DNA of 64,000 bases from an uncultured Candidatus Saccharibacteria bacterium (GTDB lineage: Bacteria > Patescibacteriota > Saccharimonadia > Saccharimonadales > AWTP1-31), in contig CAYPDT010000001.1 in NCBI GenBank assembly GCA_964409615.1, positions 14,629 through 78,628 of the forward strand. The letters run 5' to 3'. A program made the position numbers and the translations under genes. Below are positions 18,632-30,539 of the stretch, piece after piece. The notes below the pieces were generated by a model. The model searched no databases. It worked only from the letters and a program-made list of their open reading frames with translations, and was not told the DNA's origin. The first letter of the stretch is position 1. The number at the start of each line of letters is the position of its first letter.

Positions 18632-21148
18632 TTATTGTATCGAGATGAGCGTAGCTTTGCAGTTAAAAATCCAGAAACCACAGCTAACTTGCGTCTTTAT
18701 TGAGGTCTTGGGTGATTCTGCTGAGCCATTTATGGCTACGATGTCATAGGTATAGATATTGCCAAGATTAATCCCAGCGTCTGTAAACGTGTTAGCTGAG
18801 CGTAGGATTGCAGTGCGGCCAGTCGGTGTTACCTTATAACCTGTTGCTCCTACTACACTGTCCCATCGCATACCCAAGCCAACACTTAAGAATGACTGGT
18901 CGACACCTAGCTTGATATTGCTGGGCTTAGTTAGGGCAGGCACAGGTGCAGGCACAACAACTGGTGGTGCTGCAGGTGCATTAACTACTATAGACTGCGT
19001 CGATGAAACAGTTACCGCCGTAGGCGAGGCATTATCATAGGCCTTGGCCGCATATTGGAAGGTACCGACTCCATATCCGCTGGCGTCGTATCGACAGTCA
19101 GTCTTGTTATAACAAGTAAATACAACTGCACCATTTTGTAATATCTCGAGCTTTGTCACGGCACCATCAGCGTCGGATGCGTTTGTAGTAACCTGAAAAG
19201 TTGCAGGTGCAGTCAACGAATTGGTACTAAGCGTTACGCTAGCAACCGGTGCGACGTTAGCAGGAGGAGTCGGTGTAACAACTGGATCCGGCGTGGCGTA
19301 TGCGAGTACATTGCTTGATCCGTTTTTCCACGTAATAGCGCCTCGGCTCACAACCTGGCCGGTAGCCTGACCCGTAGCCTGAGCCACATCAGCGGGTAGT
19401 GGTTCGCTGGAATCGACCACTGCCGTTCCTGAAACAAGCTGAAAATTACCAACAGATACATCTTTAAACAATGCGTTGATAGGCTTGCCCTCAAAAGAAA
19501 GTGCCTTAGCTTCGCGACCAGTCTGGTTTCGTAAGTTGGCGTCTAGGGTGGTGTAGCTGGCATTAATATTAGTGCCTTGCCAACCTAGTAGATATTTTGG
19601 CTGTGTAGCTGATGAGCGAAAGTAAACATTTGAGTCCATGGCGGTCACGACATTCCCCACAGTACTCATATTTAAACGTGCGAAGATGAGGCGGCTGTTA
19701 GGGTCGGATTTAGGCCCACCAGCCGATATATTATTCTTCACTTCGATATTTTGAGAGGGCAAACGAGAATCATCATAAATAAAGTAGTTATCTGAAGCGT
19801 TATTGTAAGCAGTGTTGTTGAAGACCTTTACACCTCGACCGTTAATCTTGAAACCCCAAACTCCATTATTGTATGAGACATTAGAGGCAATTATAGCGTT
19901 GTATGAAACCTCGTAAAAGATACCGTGAGTAACATTCCCTCGTGCCATATTGCCAACAATAGTGTTACCACTACAGTCAAGATCGCACCAAAAACCGGTA
20001 CCGTAGTTATCTTGGAATAAATTATTTTTGATAGTGGAGTTGGTCATGCGCGCAATCTTTGTTCCGGCGTATGAACCATACTCGCCCTCCCATTGCCCTT
20101 TTTCGGTGTTATTGTTGTATACAATGTTATTTTCCATCTGCAGACCATCGGTATAGTTACCAGATAGTCCAGAGGCACCGTTACTAGCGAAGACACTATT
20201 TCGCACCACAATACCCGTAGCTTTATCGGCAGCACTGCCCGTTAAGAACAAGCCGTTGGCCGAGGATTGCGTAAAGGTCATATTCTCAAACTCGATCCCC
20301 TTAGCGCCATTACTAACCTCAATCTGAGCAGGCTTGGAGGTAAAATACAGATTGGACGCATAACGGCGAACCCCGATACCGCGCAACTTACTACCAGCCG
20401 TTGCAGCCGAGTAGTACATAATGGCCTGTTTTCTGGTAGAAGCCTCTATCGTCTTGCCGCTTGGATTAGTGCCCATAAATATCTGGGAGTTTGCACGGTC
20501 GACATAGAATGTACCGTCGGTAACTTCTGCCCTCGTTAGTACTTGCCGTAACTGATTACCGCCTACAAACAGCATGTCGGGTAATCCAGCAGCTGGGTTC
20601 TGGGGTGTGACTAGATTCGCATCATAACAAGTATTGTTAGGGCATAGAGAGGCAGCTACAGTCCATCCATCTTTTCGCCAGGCCGTTCCGTCTTGTACCC
20701 AGCCTGTTACCAGGTCGGAGCCGTCAAGCCACACCTCTTCATTTGGATACGGTTGTATAGTCAGCTGTTTAGCAAGCGTCTTAAGAGCCTCACGATATGT
20801 ACCGGCACGCATAACAATAGTTGAGCCTGCAGATGCTTTGTCGACAGCAGCTTGAAGAGTCTGTAACGGTGCGTCTTTGCTGCCCGTTGCACTATTATTT
20901 CCGCTCGGTGACACGAAAACTGCGTTAGCTGGGTACGCATATTGTGTTTTGGTGATGCCGATAGCTATTGATGATGGGTCTTCGGCGCTAGAAAACGATA
21001 CGATAACAGCACCAATAACAGCAAAAACTAGCACGGCAACTAGCATTATTGTATAGCGGCTCATGCCAGTAATTCGGCGAGCAATAAGATTATTTTTATT
21101 GTTTTTGCTTGTGGTTCGTTTGACGGTTTTTTTAGTGTTTTGTGGCAT
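18632..21148 (-). CDS. membrane-anchored secreted right-handed beta-helix protein with C-terminal Ig/FN3-like modules
   Basis: 838 aa with an N-terminal TM anchor. FVSPSGNNSATGSKDAPLQTLQAAVDKASAGSTIVMRAGTY is a pectate-lyase-fold N-cap. Many N/G-rich parallel beta-helix turns and Ig-like C-terminal repeats. Confidence 0.75.
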   Translation of the reverse strand: MPQNTKKTVKRTTSKNNKNNLIARRITGMSRYTIMLVAVLVFAVIGAVIVSFSSAEDPSSIAIGITKTQYAYPANAVFVSPSGNNSATGSKDAPLQTLQAAVDKASAGSTIVMRAGTYREALKTLAKQLTIQPYPNEEVWLDGSDLVTGWVQDGTAWRKDGWTVAASLCPNNTCYDANLVTPQNPAAGLPDMLFVGGNQLRQVLTRAEVTDGTFYVDRANSQIFMGTNPSGKTIEASTRKQAIMYYSAATAGSKLRGIGVRRYASNLYFTSKPAQIEVSNGAKGIEFENMTFTQSSANGLFLTGSAADKATGIVVRNSVFASNGASGLSGNYTDGLQMENNIVYNNNTEKGQWEGEYGSYAGTKIARMTNSTIKNNLFQDNYGTGFWCDLDCSGNTIVGNMARGNVTHGIFYEVSYNAIIASNVSYNNGVWGFKINGRGVKVFNNTAYNNASDNYFIYDDSRLPSQNIEVKNNISAGGPKSDPNSRLIFARLNMSTVGNVVTAMDSNVYFRSSATQPKYLLGWQGTNINASYTTLDANLRNQTGREAKALSFEGKPINALFKDVSVGNFQLVSGTAVVDSSEPLPADVAQATGQATGQVVSRGAITWKNGSSNVLAYATPDPVVTPTPPANVAPVASVTLSTNSLTAPATFQVTTNASDADGAVTKLEILQNGAVVFTCYNKTDCRYDASGYGVGTFQYAAKAYDNASPTAVTVSSTQSIVVNAPAAPPVVVPAPVPALTKPSNIKLGVDQSFLSVGLGMRWDSVVGATGYKVTPTGRTAILRSANTFTDAGINLGNIYTYDIVAINGSAESPKTSIKTQVSCGFWIFNCKATLISIQ

Positions 21149-21202
21149 CTTTTATAGATTAAGTTGTATTACCGCTAGTATACCACAAGCATTTCGCCAC
21201 AG

Positions 21203-21225
21203 TTTCCAAGGTCGGACCTTGGAAA
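21203..21225. promoter_or_regulatory. perfect 11-bp-arm palindrome (candidate operator) upstream of the beta-helix gene
   Basis: TTTCCAAGGTC-G-GACCTTGGAAA, centred 35 nt upstream of the centre of an extended -10 (TGgTATACT, minus strand, 21177..21185). Confidence 0.4.
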
Positions 21226-21248
21226 TACAAAATGCCCGCATGGGGCAT
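21223..21248 (-). terminator. putative terminator after membrane-protein gene 21376..22086
   Basis: Minus strand: ATGCCC-CATGC-GGGCAT followed by TTTGTATTT. Confidence 0.4.
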
Positions 21249-21375
21249 GATGTATTCGTGCGTGCCCACCCTGCGGCGGGTGCTTTTTGTTTTGACTGTG
21301 TTTATTTTGCAAACGCCGCGGAACGCACGAGATAGTTACATAATACTACTTATGCCTAACGAGTCAACTTCTGTA

Positions 21376-22086
21376 CTACTTCTTACCCTTCTTAGGTTTT
21401 TCTAATTCATTCGGGAGGATTCCGAACGCCAGTAATATGGCAAAGAAAACTGCGAACCCACAAAGGATAGAGGGCAAGCCTTCCATTGTTTGCGCTTTAA
21501 TTGTGGTCACTAAAGAGGTTGGCACCATGAAAATTAAGTACCCGACAATAAGCAATGCTAGGCTTTCTCTTTGCTTCTTAGAAACCTTACGCATCAGCCA
21601 AGCAGATAGGCCAATACCTACGAATAGCCAGAAGTAGTAATACAAGGTGTACTGCACTCCATAGCCAGGCTTGATGTGGAAGATAATGTAATTACCACCA
21701 CATGCATGATCAGCAAACATACGCTCGGTCAACCCAAATATGAGTATCCAAATCGTAGCGTGCAGGTAGGCAGCCCAACGTAACCAGCGCCAGTTAGCAC
21801 GAGCGATGGTTAATGCTAAGTGGATGCCAAGAGGCGGCAACAAAGCAATTACCATAAAGCCAATTCGCGACCAGGTTGGTGCGCTCAGCCCAAACCCTTC
21901 GCAAACGTTGTATTCTGCCACCTGGAACAGTGCTAAAAAGAATAATAGTGCAGCCGCAATACGACCAATCTTGGTATTACGGTATTTCCAAAGGGTATAG
22001 ACCATTAAGCTCAGCTCAATGATTGCTGTGGCAGCCATAACCGGCGGCGAGAAGCAGTAGGTTTGTAACCTGCGTCGCATTTTCAT
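21376..22086 (-). CDS. integral membrane protein (about 7 TM), function unknown
   Basis: 236-aa highly hydrophobic ORF with a basic C-terminal tail KPKKGKK. Confidence 0.6.
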   Translation of the reverse strand: MKMRRRLQTYCFSPPVMAATAIIELSLMVYTLWKYRNTKIGRIAAALLFFLALFQVAEYNVCEGFGLSAPTWSRIGFMVIALLPPLGIHLALTIARANWRWLRWAAYLHATIWILIFGLTERMFADHACGGNYIIFHIKPGYGVQYTLYYYFWLFVGIGLSAWLMRKVSKKQRESLALLIVGYLIFMVPTSLVTTIKAQTMEGLPSILCGFAVFFAILLAFGILPNELEKPKKGKK

Positions 22087-22145
22087 TATCTATGACTGTA
22101 CTGTCTGAAGCCTGAATAAGCAAGCTGCTTATGGTTAAGTTGTGC

Positions 22146-25215
<3,070 letters not shown>

Positions 25216-26103
25216 CTACGATGCTCCACCCATTTGTCGGAGGCGTTGAATACGATCTTGAATAGGCGGATGCGTACTAAACAGATTACTTAGCCCCTTA
25301 CCCTTAAGCGGGTTTGCAAAGAACAGGTGTGCCGTGCTGCTGTTCTGGCGTTTCATGGTTCCACCAGCGTTTCCAATCTTCTCTAGGGCAGAAGCAAGGC
25401 CCTCTGGGTAGCGTGTTGTCAAAGCCCCGGTAGCGTCTGCAAGATATTCTCGACGACGAGAGATTGCCATCTGAATCATAGCAGCCACAATTGGCGATAA
25501 GATAATTGCCAACACGCCAATGGCCATAAAGACTGGATTGCCGCCCGGGCCATCATCGTCACTATTATTTCCACCAAAGAACCACATACGAAGCACTATG
25601 TCGCTAATAATTCCGATAATTGATGCAAGTCCAAAAGCCACCAAGCTAACACGGATATCATAGTTTTTTACGTGACCTAGCTCATGAGCCATCACCCCTT
25701 CAAGCTCGGTGTCTGTCATGGCGTCTATAAGACCACGAGTTGCGCAAACAACCGAATGGTTAGGGTCACGACCGGTAGCAAAAGCATTCATAGCTTGATC
25801 TTCGACAACATACACCTTGGGCATGGGTAAGCCATCTGTTATCGACAGATTTTCTACAATCCGATACAAGCGCGGTTCATCTTTTTTGCTCACCTCATGT
25901 GCGCCGTTTAATGCCAGTGCCATCTTTGCACCTGCAAAGTATGAAAACACCACATAGGCCAACCCCGCGATAATTGCGAACGGCGCGAAGCTTTTTCCTC
26001 CAGCGTAATAGCCACCGAGGTATGCAATGGAGGCTGCGAATACTGAAAAGCCAAGCATAATTAACGCACTTTTGCGTTTGTTCGAGGCAATCTCGTTATA
26101 CAT
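25216..26103 (-). CDS. htpX: M48 family zinc metalloprotease HtpX
   Basis: HELGHVKNYD zinc motif, TM helices, and a C-terminal STHPPIQDRI. Confidence 0.9.
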   Translation of the reverse strand: MYNEIASNKRKSALIMLGFSVFAASIAYLGGYYAGGKSFAPFAIIAGLAYVVFSYFAGAKMALALNGAHEVSKKDEPRLYRIVENLSITDGLPMPKVYVVEDQAMNAFATGRDPNHSVVCATRGLIDAMTDTELEGVMAHELGHVKNYDIRVSLVAFGLASIIGIISDIVLRMWFFGGNNSDDDGPGGNPVFMAIGVLAIILSPIVAAMIQMAISRRREYLADATGALTTRYPEGLASALEKIGNAGGTMKRQNSSTAHLFFANPLKGKGLSNLFSTHPPIQDRIQRLRQMGGAS

Positions 26104-26113
26104 GTTCCGTAGA

Positions 26114-26674
26114 TTAGAACTTTACGTTTACTGGGTTCTTGACTGCAGCAGCTTCTGCTTCATCGAGTTCGAAGAATTCACGCTTCTTAAAACCAAGCAT
26201 GCCAGCAAAAATGTTGGTTGGAAAGGTCTGAACCTTGATGTTTAGGTCTCTTGCAGAACCATTGTAGAAGCGACGAGCGGCTTGTACTTTATCTTCTGTG
26301 TCGGTTAGCTCGGCTTGTAGCTGAGCGAAGTTTTCGTTGGATTTAAGCTGTGGGTAGGCCTCAGCAACAGCAAAGAGGCTTTTCATCGCACCAGTAAACA
26401 TATTGTCAGCCTCTGCAGTCTCTTTGACACCGGTTGCACCAAGGATAGCAGAACGAGCTTTGGTAACATTCTCGAAGACTTCTTTTTCTTGCTTAGCATA
26501 GCCCTTAACAGTTTCGACTAAGTTTGGAATAAGGTCGGCCCGACGCTTGAGTTGTACGGTTATGTCGCTCCAGGCTTCATCAACACGAACGTTAGCACGG
26601 ACTAATCCGTTATACATAGCTGCGACGGCGATTGCGATTACAGCTATAACAGCAATTACGATAATAAGTGGCAT
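26114..26674 (-). CDS. lemA: LemA family protein
   Basis: N-terminal TM plus YNGLVRANVRVDEAWSDITVQLKRRADLIPNLV, the canonical LemA pattern. Sits upstream of htpX. Confidence 0.88.
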   Translation of the reverse strand: MPLIIVIAVIAVIAIAVAAMYNGLVRANVRVDEAWSDITVQLKRRADLIPNLVETVKGYAKQEKEVFENVTKARSAILGATGVKETAEADNMFTGAMKSLFAVAEAYPQLKSNENFAQLQAELTDTEDKVQAARRFYNGSARDLNIKVQTFPTNIFAGMLGFKKREFFELDEAEAAAVKNPVNVKF

Positions 26675-26776
26675 CTTCTACTCCTTAAGATTACTCTTTA
26701 AGTATAGCATCAAAATATAAAACAGCCTTGCCATTCGTAAACGTTTTCACAAGTGGCAAAGCTGCTTTTAGGATAC

Positions 26777-26862
26777 TGGTGCGCGGGGCGGGACTTGAAC
26801 CCGCAAGCCTTGTGGGCACGACATTTTAAGTGTCGCGTGTATACCGATTCCACCACCCGCGC
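26777..26862 (-). tRNA. tRNA-Leu (anticodon UAA), type II with long variable arm, CCA encoded
   Basis: The reverse complement folds as GCGCGGG acceptor, anticodon loop CUUAAAA, long variable arm, and canonical T arm GCGGG-UUCAAGU-CCCGC. Confidence 0.9.
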
Positions 26863-27350
26863 TAATTCTTATGTTTGTTACGCCCTCTGTGGGTTAATTG
26901 CAGACTGTGGCAATTTGGACAAAGAATACGTAGATTTTCTAGCCGATTATCGGTGTGTATACCGTTAATATGATCGAGCTCAAGTGGAATTCTACCGTCT
27001 TTTGACATTTGGCACCAGCCACATAACTCACATTCTCGCTTTTTAACCTCTTCAGCAAAAAGTCGATTGCGTAACTTATAACTCTGGTAACTATAATTAC
27101 TAACTAAAATCTTATCAAGTGGTATCTTCTTAGAGCTTGCACTGCCAGTCTGCCCTTTACTCCAGCCTTGGCCACTAAAATGACTAACGTCAATGCCCAA
27201 AGCCTCAATACGACGCTGAATTTGCCGATAGTTACCGCCCGCCGGTACTAACCCAAGCCTCATAATGACCATTCGAAAACTACGTGATAGCACAACTGCT
27301 TGACGAAGCTGCGCATCCGTCCAGGATGTATGCGTTCTTTTGTCACTCAC
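26862..27350 (-). CDS. HNH endonuclease
   Basis: CELCGW...LELDHINGIHTDNRLENLRILCPNCH (HNH/Zn-ribbon) with an N-terminal HTH-like module. The stop codon overlaps nt 1 of tRNA-Leu. Confidence 0.85.
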   Translation of the reverse strand: MSDKRTHTSWTDAQLRQAVVLSRSFRMVIMRLGLVPAGGNYRQIQRRIEALGIDVSHFSGQGWSKGQTGSASSKKIPLDKILVSNYSYQSYKLRNRLFAEEVKKRECELCGWCQMSKDGRIPLELDHINGIHTDNRLENLRILCPNCHSLQLTHRGRNKHKN

Positions 27351-27413
27351 CCCTTAATTATACTAATTAACAGATGTAGAAACCCTACAAAATTGTAGGA
27401 TAATTATCATTAA

Positions 27414-28649
27414 TTAGGATAATTTTAACTTTGCTTCGGCAAGCCGTTGAATAGCTAGAATGTAAGCGGCCGTCCGCAGGTTGGTATCATATTGTTTTTG
27501 AACACTGACCACTGCAGCCACGGCTGTAGCCATTTGAGTTTTGAGCTTAGCAAACACTTTTTGTTCTGACCAGGTTTGATTGTGCTTGTTCTGGTACCAC
27601 TCGTAGTAGCTCACAGCAACACCCCCAGCATTTGCAAGTACATCAGGAATGATAGTTACCTTCTTCTTGGCCAACATTTCGTCGGCCTCGGTCGTGACAG
27701 GGCCATTAGCTAACTCCAAAATTATGGTGGCCTGAATAGATTTAGCGTTTTGCACTGTTATGGCGGCTTCTAATGCAGCCGGGGTGAGGACGTCGACAGA
27801 CTGTGAAAAAATACTGTCTGCCGGTAAAACTTGACAGTCAATACCTAGGCTTGCTGCCGCTTTAGCCAAGGAGCCTGTCTGTCGCTTTGCAGATTCGAGT
27901 GCCATAATGTCTGAAAATCCATACTCAGAGACAATGGTGTTTTTTGAGTCTGCTATGGCCACTACCTTTATACCCTGCTCCACGGCAAAATATGCTGCAT
28001 ACACTCCTACGTTGCCGAAGCCCTGCACGGCCATTGTTTGAGTTTTTGGGTCGATATGGTGAAGAGTAAAATATTCAAGTAAGGCATAGATACCGCCCAA
28101 GCCCGTAGCTTGGGTCCGGCCCTGTGAGCCACCATTGTCCAAAGCCTTCCCCGTTACCACCGCCGTGTCGCCGTACTCATCAGCAATCCATGCCATTACC
28201 TGACCATTGGTGTTGACGTCGGGCGCGGGAACGTCAACCGTTGGCCCAATGTGCTCAGCAATTTCCCGAGTAAAGGCTCGGGTCACTTGCTCTAATTCTA
28301 TCGGACTCATGTCTCGTGGGTTAATTTGCAGACCACCTTTACCGCCACCAAAGGGTACGTCAATAACGGTATTTTTGATTGTCATCCACAGACTCAATGC
28401 TTTTGCTTCATCTTCAGACACCTGTGGATGAAAACGCAGACCACCTTTGTAAGGCCCCCGCCAGTTATTGTGCTGCATCCTGTAACCAAGTACCTTCTGC
28501 TTTGTGCCGTCCTCACGAGTAAACGGCACCTCTACATTGATTACATTATTGTGCTGCAATAAGGCATCGACAATATGTTTATCAGTGTTGGCAATTTTAG
28601 CCGCAGACAACAGATTTGCTTGTGCTTCTTCCCATGGGTTCATACACAT
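27414..28649 (-). CDS. gdh: Glu/Leu/Phe/Val-family dehydrogenase (glutamate dehydrogenase-like)
   Basis: KGGLRFHP and VPFGGGKGG motifs with a Rossmann GFGNVG. Start set at the ATG at 28649, preceded by AGGAG plus a 6-nt spacer. The longer ORF would read through a tRNA-like gene. Confidence 0.88.
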   Translation of the reverse strand: MCMNPWEEAQANLLSAAKIANTDKHIVDALLQHNNVINVEVPFTREDGTKQKVLGYRMQHNNWRGPYKGGLRFHPQVSEDEAKALSLWMTIKNTVIDVPFGGGKGGLQINPRDMSPIELEQVTRAFTREIAEHIGPTVDVPAPDVNTNGQVMAWIADEYGDTAVVTGKALDNGGSQGRTQATGLGGIYALLEYFTLHHIDPKTQTMAVQGFGNVGVYAAYFAVEQGIKVVAIADSKNTIVSEYGFSDIMALESAKRQTGSLAKAAASLGIDCQVLPADSIFSQSVDVLTPAALEAAITVQNAKSIQATIILELANGPVTTEADEMLAKKKVTIIPDVLANAGGVAVSYYEWYQNKHNQTWSEQKVFAKLKTQMATAVAAVVSVQKQYDTNLRTAAYILAIQRLAEAKLKLS

Positions 28650-28808
28650 AGTGTACTCCTGGACTGCAACGCGTGTCTGCGTTTGTTTACACAAAAATAG
28701 CCCCCTTGGCTGTAAAACCAGATGGGAGCTAGACAATTTGTATAAGTTATCTATTTGTTGATTTCGTTTATTTGAATGTATGTAGATAAATGTATATATG
28801 AACTTGTT

Positions 28809-28882
28809 TGGAGGCACGTACGGGTAACGCTCCCGTCTAGCAGGTTTTGCAGACCTGTGCCTAACTTCTCGGCCAACGCGCC
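28809..28882 (-). tRNA. tRNA-Cys (anticodon GCA), atypical D and T loops
   Basis: 74 nt. Acceptor GGCGCGU/ACGUGCC (one G:U), discriminator U73 plus CCA, anticodon arm CAGGU-CUGCAAA-ACCUG, 4-nt variable loop CUAG. The T loop is AGCGUUA and the D loop lacks GG. Confidence 0.6.
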
Positions 28883-28922
28883 TTACAGCTACCCATTTTA
28901 GCAAGGAACGAGCAACTTGTCT

Positions 28923-29141
28923 CTAGTATGTCGGATGTTCGTCCACATTTTCAGAACGTGATAGGATTTGCGCACCAGCAAGGGCCACGTGCGCCACGCC
29001 AGACATAGGAATCCGTGCTAATCTCAAGGTGATATCCATTGCCGTAACTAGTGCCTTTATAGCCAATCCCGCTTCATACTCAACAACACCCTGTAACGTC
29101 GGGGCAGTTTGTTCGGGAGTATTGGGTTGCGACTCTGGCAT
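28923..29141 (-). CDS. hypothetical 72-aa protein
   Basis: ORF preceded by AAGGA 4 nt before the ATG. No recognisable motif. Confidence 0.3.
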   Translation of the reverse strand: MPESQPNTPEQTAPTLQGVVEYEAGLAIKALVTAMDITLRLARIPMSGVAHVALAGAQILSRSENVDEHPTY

Positions 29142-29154
29142 ATCATCCTTTCTG

Positions 29155-29186
29155 CATAAAAATTACCTGCCAAAACACAGGTAATT
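29155..29186 (-). promoter_or_regulatory. terminator-like hairpin in the leader of the ORF72 / tRNA-Cys / gdh transcription unit
   Basis: Minus strand: AATTACCTG-TGTTTTGG-CAGGTAATT followed by TTTATG. A TTGAAA, 17-nt spacer, TATTCT promoter-like pair lies upstream at 29218..29246. Confidence 0.35.
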
Positions 29187-29407
29187 ACTGCTTAATGCAA
29201 AACCTAGCAAAGCTTATAGAATACCATTTATGCTAATGTTTTTCAAGAGCGTGCAGTTGTCTACGAATAATCATTGTCCTACCCTTGTTGCGCTTGTGCT
29301 ATGATTAAACATGAAATATGGCGTCATGCCACTAATAAGAAGTACAAGCTTTCTATGCAATATATGAGCACACAACAAGCCCAACATATTACCGTTACCG
29401 AGACATT

Positions 29408-30025
29408 ATGCTTCTAGCTGCCTACATCCTACTAGGGTTAGCGCTGGTACTTTTCGTTTTCTGGAAAGTAGTGTTTTTGCGAAACCCCCAACGTAAAACA
29501 CCAAAAGGCGAACTCGTCATTGCGCCAGCTGACGGAAAAATTATCGAGATTTTTGAATTTTCAGGTAAAGACGTCAAGCTTTTTAAAGGCAATCACCGTC
29601 TATTGGGCCTGATTCATACAATGACACAGGATGTCGCGCCAGAGGGGTACATCGTATCAATTTTCATGTCGCCAATGGATGTTCATATTAATCGTGCTCC
29701 AATCACCGGTACCGTTGACCAAGTGATTCATAGTGCAGGTAAGTTTCTTGCCGTCAACACCTTCGAGGCGGGCCTAGTAAATGAAAAGGCCGAAACCACT
29801 ATAACAGGCAGCATTACTGTTAAAATGATTCAAATTGCTGGCTTTTTGGCACGCCGAGTAGTAACTAATGTGCAACCTGGTGATGTAGTTACAGCTGGTC
29901 AAGAAATCGGCCTCATAAACCTCGGTTCGCAAGTTACTATGATTTTGCCCAAGACTGTTACGCTACAGGTTAAGAAAGGCGACCGTACTGTTGCCGGAGA
30001 GAGTATCCTTGCAAAAATCAATTAG
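29408..30025 (+). CDS. psd: phosphatidylserine decarboxylase family protein (short type)
   Basis: N-terminal TM, the pattern PADGKI...SPMDVHINRAPITG, and a self-cleavage-type NLGSQV motif near the C-terminus. Confidence 0.85.
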   Translation: MLLAAYILLGLALVLFVFWKVVFLRNPQRKTPKGELVIAPADGKIIEIFEFSGKDVKLFKGNHRLLGLIHTMTQDVAPEGYIVSIFMSPMDVHINRAPITGTVDQVIHSAGKFLAVNTFEAGLVNEKAETTITGSITVKMIQIAGFLARRVVTNVQPGDVVTAGQEIGLINLGSQVTMILPKTVTLQVKKGDRTVAGESILAKIN

Positions 30026-30032
30026 ACGAATC

Positions 30033-30524
30033 ATGAAGTTGCCCGACTATATAACGTGCTTGAATCTAATTTCAGGCCTGTTGGCCATATATGCCGCCAT
30101 TCATCATCATTACTGGGAATCGGCAACACTGTTGCTAGCTGGAGTCTTTTTTGACGCCATCGACGGATTTGTGGCACGCCGTATGCATATCGAATCGAAG
30201 TTTGGTGCCGAGCTAGACTCTTTGGCTGATTTGGTTACCTTCGGTGTTGCACCCATGGTACTTGTAACCGCCTACTACAACACGCCATGGCTATCATTGC
30301 TATCTATCTTGATTCCGGTAGCTGGTGCCCTGCGCCTGGCACGTCACAATATTAATCGTCACCTTACCAAAGGCTATTTAATCGGCCTACCTATCACCAT
30401 GAGCGGCTTGGTAATGCCTCTACTCATCGTCTTTAAGCTCAGTATTCACGTAGCTGCAGTCACTATAATTGGATTATCGGTGTTCTATGTCAGCACTCGA
30501 CGAGTTAATAAACTACTACACTAG
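30033..30524 (+). CDS. pssA: CDP-diacylglycerol--serine O-phosphatidyltransferase (CDP-alcohol phosphatidyltransferase family)
   Basis: DGFVARRMHIESKFGAELDSLADLV matches D-G-x2-A-R-x8-G-x3-D-x3-D. Start set at MKLPDYITCLN (30033). Confidence 0.85.
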   Translation: MKLPDYITCLNLISGLLAIYAAIHHHYWESATLLLAGVFFDAIDGFVARRMHIESKFGAELDSLADLVTFGVAPMVLVTAYYNTPWLSLLSILIPVAGALRLARHNINRHLTKGYLIGLPITMSGLVMPLLIVFKLSIHVAAVTIIGLSVFYVSTRRVNKLLH

Positions 30525-30539
30525 ATTTAGTCGGCAAAC

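Noticed and set aside
21063-21335. 90-aa plus-strand ORF, and a possible small RNA (SRP-like) in the 21149..21375 spacer
   Set aside because: The ORF spans the start of the beta-helix gene and three hairpins. The hairpins lack the conserved SRP motifs I could look for. A promoter/operator plus terminator explains them more simply.
28650-28904. 85-aa N-terminal extension of the gdh ORF (ORF track 27414..28904)
   Set aside because: The extension is Arg-rich and non-protein-like and reads straight through the tRNA-Cys-like gene. A strong AGGAG plus 6 nt plus ATG at 28649 gives a normal-length dehydrogenase.
29290-29410. 38-aa plus-strand ORF overlapping the psd start
   Set aside because: No RBS, it overlaps the psd initiation region out of frame, and the composition is unremarkable.
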